A DNA stretch of 64,000 nt from Spirochaetia bacterium (lineage in GTDB: Bacteria; Spirochaetota; Spirochaetia; UBA9216). The stretch is from NCBI GenBank assembly GCA_963675665.1, contig OY776510.1, positions 2,912,001-2,976,000 on the forward strand, read 5' to 3'. The position numbers and the translations under genes were made by a program. This document shows, in pieces, positions 57,969-64,000 of the stretch. The notes below the pieces were generated by a model, which was given only the letters and a program-made list of their open reading frames with translations, ran no database searches and had not been told where the DNA came from. Each line of letters begins with the position of its first letter. Positions within the stretch are counted from its first letter, which is position 1.

Positions 57969-59231
57969 TTAGAACTCCTGTAAATTCATGTTTTTATGAG
58001 GGTAAATTACATTGAGAACATTGTCAATTTTTTCAAGATTTTTATTCAGTTTTTTTTGCTGTAAATCTGATAACGGCTGTGTTCCGCTCAGGTCGGAGAG
58101 TTTTTTTATGATTGAATGAACGGCATTAAAACCCTCTCCGAGAGAAAGGTCGTTGTCAAGTTCTTTCTCAAAGGCAGCCGGTATTCTGTCAATCAATAAG
58201 CCGGCCTGTGAATTGTCGTTTGTATTTCCGGAGCATATTGAAGAGATCAGGGATCTGAAATTCCTGATAATATCTGTACTTTGTTTAAAGGCTTTTTCCG
58301 TATAATTAAGCTTTTTACGGTAATGTTTATAGGTAAGAAAAAACCTGATGTCCCGCCAGTCGGCGCCGGATGCCGCGAGGGTTTCGGGATAAATGATATT
58401 CCCGCGGCTTTTGGACATTGTTTTACCGTCCACTATCAGATGGGCTCCGTGCATATAGTAATTGGCGTAATCTTTACCTGTAAAAGCCTCCATTACGGCG
58501 ATGTTGTAATCATGGTGACGGTAGATATTATCTATTCCGCCGCAGTTAATATCAATTTGATCACCGAGGCTCATTGCAACAATTGCCGGATCCTGAATGT
58601 TCCATGAAGGCCTGCCGCGTCCTATTGCAGTGTCCCAGTAAGGATGGTAGGGATCATTTTTATAATTATGCCAGAGTATGAAGTCTCCCATATTCCACCG
58701 GTTGCCGTTGTATGTGTCTTTTCTGAAATGTCTTTTTCTGTCGGGCCAGCGGTTCATATCCAGGCGGAACAGCTTTCCAAAATTATTTATTTTCAGGGGA
58801 TCGAAAAAATAATCCTCTTTATGTTCATAGACGATTTTTTTCTCAATAAGATTCTGAATTATTCGCACCGACTGATCTATGCTTTTGGTAGCCGGTATAA
58901 GATGATCGGGCATAATAAAACCGAACCCGTCCAGGCCTTCCCTGAAAATGGCCAGCACATCATCGGTCAGCGATTTTACATTCGTTTTTTTTCTTTTTGC
59001 TTCGTTTATGGCTTTGTCCTCAATATCGGTTAGGTTCATTGCCCTTTCGACATTGTAACCCTTGTAACGAAGGTATCTGACAAGAAGATCTTCATAGAGA
59101 AAAGTCCGGTAATTACCGATATGAGCTTTCTGATAAATCGATGGTCCGCAAGTGAATATTTTTACATTTTTCCCTTCGCGCGGCTTAAATATTTCGATGC
59201 TGCGTGACATGGTGTTGTATAACTTCAGCAA
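57969..59231 (-). CDS. Atypical cysteinyl-tRNA synthetase paralogue (class I aaRS, C-terminally short)
   Basis: LYNTMSR, TCGPS, HIGN and MSKSRGN motifs; WNIQD replaces the canonical WHIEC; 420 aa. Confidence 0.85.
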   Translation of the reverse strand: MLKLYNTMSRSIEIFKPREGKNVKIFTCGPSIYQKAHIGNYRTFLYEDLLVRYLRYKGYNVERAMNLTDIEDKAINEAKRKKTNVKSLTDDVLAIFREGLDGFGFIMPDHLIPATKSIDQSVRIIQNLIEKKIVYEHKEDYFFDPLKINNFGKLFRLDMNRWPDRKRHFRKDTYNGNRWNMGDFILWHNYKNDPYHPYWDTAIGRGRPSWNIQDPAIVAMSLGDQIDINCGGIDNIYRHHDYNIAVMEAFTGKDYANYYMHGAHLIVDGKTMSKSRGNIIYPETLAASGADWRDIRFFLTYKHYRKKLNYTEKAFKQSTDIIRNFRSLISSICSGNTNDNSQAGLLIDRIPAAFEKELDNDLSLGEGFNAVHSIIKKLSDLSGTQPLSDLQQKKLNKNLEKIDNVLNVIYPHKNMNLQEF

Positions 59232-59313
59232 TCCATACTCCTCTGTTATTATGAATATAAGCAGACTTGGGGAAAAAGTCGACTTAATTAGTTATTTAAT
59301 GTATATTAAAGCC

Positions 59314-59928
59314 ATGAGCAGAATAGACGTTCTGAAAAAACATTACGAACCAAGGCTTGAAAAATACAGGGATAATTCAAGGGTGCTGGACTGGGAAAGC
59401 CGGGATGCACAGTACAAACGTTTCAGAGCTCTTACGGATAACCTTGATCTCCGGGGAAAATCATTTCTGGATATAGGCTGCGGCTGCGGAGATTTCTTCG
59501 GACTGCTTGGTGAACTTGGAATTAAGGCTTTATATACCGGCGTGGATATCCTTGAAAAAATGATTGATCGCGCTGTTAAATGCTATCCCGAAGCTGATTT
59601 TTGCTGCGCTGATATCTTTGACAAGGATTTTTGTGCCGGAAAGCAGTTCGGATGTCCCGTATTCGATATTACCTACACGTCCGGAATATTCAATCTGAAT
59701 GCAGGCAATAATGAAAAATTCCTTAAAAAGGCGGTTCCGGTAATGGCCCGGCTTGCCGACGAAGCGTTTGCATTCAATCTGCTGGATCCTGCGTCGCCTG
59801 ATCGGGATGAAAGATACTTTTATTATGAACCTGAAAAAGCCTGCCGGCTTGCAGAACCGTATTCAAGCGGTATAAAAATTATTAAGGGATATCTGGCAAA
59901 CGATTATACTCTTATATGTATGAAGTGA
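59314..59928 (+). CDS. Class I SAM-dependent methyltransferase
   Basis: Q..RF, LDIGCGCG, YTGVDI and SGIFN motifs; start moved to ATG 59314. Confidence 0.88.
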   Translation: MSRIDVLKKHYEPRLEKYRDNSRVLDWESRDAQYKRFRALTDNLDLRGKSFLDIGCGCGDFFGLLGELGIKALYTGVDILEKMIDRAVKCYPEADFCCADIFDKDFCAGKQFGCPVFDITYTSGIFNLNAGNNEKFLKKAVPVMARLADEAFAFNLLDPASPDRDERYFYYEPEKACRLAEPYSSGIKIIKGYLANDYTLICMK

Positions 59929-59937
59929 CGGAGAGGC

Positions 59938-60774
59938 ATGATGAAAAAGTTCAATATTGCATTAATACAGTCTGATGTTACCGAGTCCAAAGAAAAAAAT
60001 CTGAAAAATGCTGAAAAACTGGTTATGGATGCGGCCGAATCGGGAGCTGACCTGGCTGTTTTGCCGGAGATGTTTATCTGTCCGTACAATTCCAAAAGAT
60101 TTCCGGAATTCGCGGAACCGTCAAACGGTCCGTCGGCAGAGCGTCTGGCAAGACTGGCGGAGAAGGCCGGCTTATATTTTATTGCGGGAACAGTTCCGGA
60201 AATAGACGATGAACAACGCATCTACAACACATCATACATTTTTTCATCAGACGGCAGCCTGGCAGGGAAGCACAGAAAAATTCATCTTTTCGACATCAAT
60301 ATTGAAGGCGGAATCAGTTTCAAGGAATCAGAAGCCCTCTCTCCGGGTAAAACAGCAACGATTGTCGAAACTCCCTGGGGCCGGATCGGCATTGCTGTAT
60401 GTTTTGACCTGAGATTTGCCGAATTGTTTCGTTTTATGGCTGATGAAGGCGCGCATACTATTGTTGTCCCGGGTGCTTTTAACATGACTACCGGACCGGC
60501 CCACTGGGAGTTGACGTTCCGTATGCGTGCTGTTGACAATCAGGTTTTTATGGCCGGCTGCGCTCCGGCCCGAAACAGGGAAGCCGGGTATATATCCTGG
60601 GCCAATTCGATTATTACCGACCCATGGGGAAGAGTTCTTGAAAAACTCGGAACTGAAGAATCAATTCTGCTTCATGAAATAGACCCTGGTTATGCGTATG
60701 ATATACGAAACCAGCTTCCGATTTTATCCGGAGTCAAAAAAGAGGGATACACTACGCAGGATGGAGGCAGGTAA
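59938..60774 (+). CDS. Carbon-nitrogen hydrolase (Nit2/omega-amidase-like)
   Basis: LPEMF, HRKIHLFD, VCFDLRF and AFNMTTGPAHW motifs. Confidence 0.92.
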   Translation: MMKKFNIALIQSDVTESKEKNLKNAEKLVMDAAESGADLAVLPEMFICPYNSKRFPEFAEPSNGPSAERLARLAEKAGLYFIAGTVPEIDDEQRIYNTSYIFSSDGSLAGKHRKIHLFDINIEGGISFKESEALSPGKTATIVETPWGRIGIAVCFDLRFAELFRFMADEGAHTIVVPGAFNMTTGPAHWELTFRMRAVDNQVFMAGCAPARNREAGYISWANSIITDPWGRVLEKLGTEESILLHEIDPGYAYDIRNQLPILSGVKKEGYTTQDGGR

Positions 60775-60778
60775 ACTG

Positions 60779-61051
60779 CTATTGTTCCAAAATCCGATCC
60801 AGTTCGTCCGAGCGTTTCTGGACAGCGTTTCTGTACACAGCTATTAACCTGTCTTTTTCGTTTTGTCCTATTTTTCTGTATTCACCGTCAAGAGAATTTT
60901 TGGGAACAATTTTGTGGATCTTTAATTCTGCAAGAGACGGCATAGGCTCTCTGGTGTAATATATAACATAATCGTGAAGATCGTCAAAATCCTCTATGTA
61001 TTCAAGATATTCATTGGTTCCAAGATCAAATATATCGCCCTTCTGCGGCAT
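60779..61051 (-). CDS. Hypothetical protein (90 aa)
   Basis: ATG with an AGGAG RBS 6 nt upstream; no recognisable motif. Confidence 0.6.
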   Translation of the reverse strand: MPQKGDIFDLGTNEYLEYIEDFDDLHDYVIYYTREPMPSLAELKIHKIVPKNSLDGEYRKIGQNEKDRLIAVYRNAVQKRSDELDRILEQ

Positions 61052-61057
61052 ATAAAA

Positions 61058-61374
61058 CTCCTATAAGAAATTCCTGCATGGATGCAGGTATCTGAGGGTG
61101 TAGTTTGAAAAGATATTTTCAAACTACTAAATGATAAAATAACACGGATGTTATTTTATCATTCCTCCTATAAAACTTTCCGCCATGGAGGGCGGTTTCA
61201 TTACAGGAAGTTTGCATCAGCAAACTTCAAAATGATAAAATCACAAGGAAGTGATTTTATCATTCCTCCTGTAAAACTTTCCGCCATGGAGGGCGGTTTC
61301 ATTACAGGAAGTTTGCATCAGCAAACTTCAAAATGATAAAATCACAAGGAAGTGATTTTATCATTCCTCCTGTA
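61058..61374. repeat. Structured 101-bp tandem repeat (about 2.4 near-identical units plus one diverged partial unit)
   Basis: ATGATAAAAT recurs at 61131, 61232 and 61333; each unit contains three hairpins. Confidence 0.9.
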
Positions 61375-61427
61375 TCTGTATTAAAAACATACTATGCTGA
61401 TTTTGCATATTAGTCTATAATTCGGCT

Positions 61428-61883
61428 ATGATTCCTGAAGATGTACGTGAATTTCTGGATAGACATAAACTGGAAGCTGTTGAGTTTGAAGAAGGCAGTA
61501 CGCCGACCGCAGAAACTGCAGCTATGAAACTGGAAGTAAAAACCGGTCAGATTGCAAAATCAATACTGCTCAAGGCAAAAAAAGGCAATTTCTGTCTTGT
61601 TGTCTGCGCAGGCGACAAAAGAATAGATTCAAAAAAGGCGAAGGAGCTGATCGGATCAAAAATCAGGATGGCGAATGCGGAAGAACTCTATGATATTCTG
61701 GGTTTTAAACCCGGAGAAGTTTGTCCGTTCCGCAATTCCGATATTCCGTATTTTATTGATGAAAGTCTCTCTGTTTACGATACTGTCTACCCTGCAGCAG
61801 GAACTGATTCGTCAGGTGTCCCTGTGGCGTATGACAAGCTTATAGAAATTACCGGTGCGGGAGTATGCGATATAACTGGCTGA
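61428..61883 (+). CDS. YbaK/EbsC-family aminoacyl-tRNA deacylase
   Basis: TAETAA, QIAKSIL, G.VCPF and YPAAG motifs. Confidence 0.88.
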   Translation: MIPEDVREFLDRHKLEAVEFEEGSTPTAETAAMKLEVKTGQIAKSILLKAKKGNFCLVVCAGDKRIDSKKAKELIGSKIRMANAEELYDILGFKPGEVCPFRNSDIPYFIDESLSVYDTVYPAAGTDSSGVPVAYDKLIEITGAGVCDITG

Positions 61884-63148
61884 CGGCCGTTGCGGCTGTT
61901 TTTTTTACAGTATTACTATCCTCCTGTAACGGCAGTCCCGGAGTTATTGTCCCTGATTTCAGCGAATACGACGGTCTTTATCCCGGGAATGTCGAGGTTT
62001 CCGCCGTCTATGGATTGAATTCAGCAAAGCTGCCTGTTTTCGAAGCGCTTGCAGAGGAATTCAGTAAAATAAATGAATGGGGAATAAAAGTAAATATCCG
62101 GCAGGCTGAAATCAGTTCAGCCGATATGGCAATTATATCACCGCCGGAAGCATCAAGACTGCTGAGAGAAGGGCAGAGCGAAGAACTTTCTCCGCTGCTG
62201 TCGCATCCTGTCTGGAAAATAGCCGACGGAAGGCGGGGGTTTTATTCCGCTGCAAGGAAGCAGACCGACTATTGGGACTTCAGCCTGAAAGTAACTTCAA
62301 TTCCGCTTTCAATGGATGCATGCATTCTGATTGTAAACGACGACCTTCTGAAAGAAGCAGGTTTTGAAAAAATACCGGGTAACTGGAAATTTATGCACTA
62401 TATGATGTATAAAATAAAAAAACTGACCGGCCGGCCTGCAATGGGCATGGAGTTTAACTCACAGTCGGTTGTTCCGTTTATTCATGCCCGCGGCGGGTCA
62501 ATCCGGAGCCCTGCAGGAATAACCTACAGCCTGATTAATCCCGTCGTAAACAGAACTCTCCGTTATATAAGACGACTCAATAAAAAGAATATGCTGTCTT
62601 CCAATAATTACAGATACAGTAATCAGACAGAATTTGCATTCGGCAAGTTGCCGATGGTTTTTACCGGCATCGACGGGTTGAAAGCTTACAGCGAACTTAT
62701 TTCAATGACCTCGCCCGAACTACAGTGGAGCGCCGCTCTTCTTCCGACAAGGCGTCCCGGCGGCGGTGTTACGGTAAACTGTACGCATACCGCCGCAGTA
62801 CTTAAAGGTCCTGTTGAAAAACGACTGGCTTCGTGGCTGTTTATCAGATGGCTTGCAGAACCAGAACAGCAGATAAAGATTTCTTCAATGACTTATTCCC
62901 TCCCTGCGGAAAAATCAGCGCTTCAAAAAATTATTGACGAAAAACCGGAGGCATTTGTTCCGCAGTGGCTGCAGGCAGCGTCGGCAATTAGTGATGCCCA
63001 TATGGAGTATATACCTGACCTTCCGGATTATGAAACAGTTTCGGAACGTTTTAATGAGCTTGTCAATCGCTATATCGGAAACGGCGGGTGGATCTGGCTG
63101 GATACCATCAGACTTGAATACGAGATTAAAAAAGGCGGAGAAAAATGA
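61865..63148 (+). CDS. Extracellular solute-binding lipoprotein (UgpB-like)
   Basis: Lipobox LSSC; FAFGK, ASWLFIRWL and SLPA motifs. Confidence 0.75.
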   Translation: MRYNWLTAVAAVFFTVLLSSCNGSPGVIVPDFSEYDGLYPGNVEVSAVYGLNSAKLPVFEALAEEFSKINEWGIKVNIRQAEISSADMAIISPPEASRLLREGQSEELSPLLSHPVWKIADGRRGFYSAARKQTDYWDFSLKVTSIPLSMDACILIVNDDLLKEAGFEKIPGNWKFMHYMMYKIKKLTGRPAMGMEFNSQSVVPFIHARGGSIRSPAGITYSLINPVVNRTLRYIRRLNKKNMLSSNNYRYSNQTEFAFGKLPMVFTGIDGLKAYSELISMTSPELQWSAALLPTRRPGGGVTVNCTHTAAVLKGPVEKRLASWLFIRWLAEPEQQIKISSMTYSLPAEKSALQKIIDEKPEAFVPQWLQAASAISDAHMEYIPDLPDYETVSERFNELVNRYIGNGGWIWLDTIRLEYEIKKGGEK

Positions 63149-63480
63149 AGAAAACGATAATGGTTTCCAACACATGGCGGCCGGAGCAGAACTCGGTCTG
63201 CGCACACTGTGGAGCGGAAATTCAATATGCGTGGGGAGATTATTCATTCAGATATTATGAACAGAAAGACAAGTCGGATATTTGTGTAATATGTAAATCC
63301 TGCGCAGCATCATTGAAGAATAACGATAAAAAAATACGTGTAATAAATCGTTCTCCGCTGATGGATATGATTAATTTAAAGAATTCGGGCTGGAAATCGC
63401 AGCAAACACAGTCATTCGGCGGCAGCGGAGTCTCGCGTACTGAAGTCGATTCTTCTGATGAAAAAAAGGCTGATAAATGA
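63145..63480 (+). CDS. Hypothetical zinc-finger-like protein
   Basis: CAHC...CKSC; ATGA overlap with the upstream gene. Confidence 0.55.
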   Translation: MKKTIMVSNTWRPEQNSVCAHCGAEIQYAWGDYSFRYYEQKDKSDICVICKSCAASLKNNDKKIRVINRSPLMDMINLKNSGWKSQQTQSFGGSGVSRTEVDSSDEKKADK

Positions 63481-64000
63481 AATCAGCCCAAGGGCTGCAA
63501 AAACAGTCCTGTATGCGGCGCCTGTGGACATCGGCATGATATCGAGCAGCTTTCCGCTTAAAAGCGATATGCCTATGCTTGCAGGAAGCATGACAATCGG
63601 GGCTGTCGCGAAATAATCCGTAACATCGGTTCTGCCTGAAATGTGCTTGACAGCAGGCGCGTAAACAAGGCTTCGAATTGCACGGGATAAACCGAACAGA
63701 ACACTTGCAACAAGAAAATAAGGAAGCCCCGCGGCAAATATAAGAAGAATAATACCGGTTATGCTGCATATTCTTGCAAAGAAGCATTTCGTTTTTATAT
63801 TCAGCAGGTTAAATGTACCGAATGCAACATTTGCGGATATCTGTCCGGCATAGTTGAGGCCGACAAATACACCCGCGGCGGCGGCAGGTGAGATACCGAA
63901 ACATTCGACGGCATAATTGGCATAAAAAGAAATGACTGCAACCACTGCATACATTTCAAGATCGCTCAGCAGAAAAAGCAGAACATTTTTGTTTCTGACA
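63412..64000 (-). CDS. MFS transporter, C-terminal part (5' end outside the window)
   Basis: Six hydrophobic helices in an MFS-like pattern; the frame continues upstream of the listed Met. Confidence 0.7.
   Translation of the reverse strand, partial: VRNKNVLLFLLSDLEMYAVVAVISFYANYAVECFGISPAAAAGVFVGLNYAGQISANVAFGTFNLLNIKTKCFFARICSITGIILLIFAAGLPYFLVASVLFGLSRAIRSLVYAPAVKHISGRTDVTDYFATAPIVMLPASIGISLLSGKLLDIMPMSTGAAYRTVFAALGLISFISLFFIRRIDFSTRDSAAAE

Noticed and set aside
61148-61370. 62-aa plus-strand ORF and 20-aa minus-strand peptides (MIKSLPCDF...) as type I toxins
   Set aside because: They arise from the repeat itself; the AGGAGG motif abuts the ATG with almost no spacing and the peptides lack a clear TM helix.
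61129-61374. CRISPR array
   Set aside because: The sequences between the palindromes are identical rather than unique spacers, the period is 101 bp, and no cas genes are in the window.

Overview
Bacterial chromosomal window, most likely a free-living anaerobic Spirochaetia member. This is inferred from the folP-cdaA-cdaR-acpS-DUF2225-truA and def-fmt-PASTA gene orders, spirochaete-type signal peptides (LIAAGQTE, LFASGQQD) and Treponema-like intergenic palindromes. Positions 1-14.3 kb are mostly housekeeping genes ending in tRNA-Gly(CCC). Positions 14.3-48.8 kb are a patchwork accessory region containing: an MCP; a Moco/Wco-type riboswitch operon (cNMP-binding-domain/WtpA-like fusion plus a FecCD-type ABC importer); several hydrolases; two J-domain proteins; decaying signalling genes; a GH2/SBP/histidine kinase trio; a TetR-controlled yodTSR-like aminotransferase/CoA-transferase/thiolase/amidase/permease operon; and a sugar ABC transporter. 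Positions 48.9-64 kb hold ABC-F, nifS-nifU-cysK-cysE, a MocR/aminotransferase pair, an atypical truncated CysRS paralogue coupled to a VOC gene, a structured 101-bp tandem repeat and ybaK. The strongest candidates for undescribed systems are the riboswitch-controlled Crp-WtpA operon, the putative N-acyl-beta-amino-acid catabolic operon and the CysRS paralogue/VOC pair. No CRISPR array, integrase or transposase was seen. All calls come from motif recognition by eye; no searches were run.
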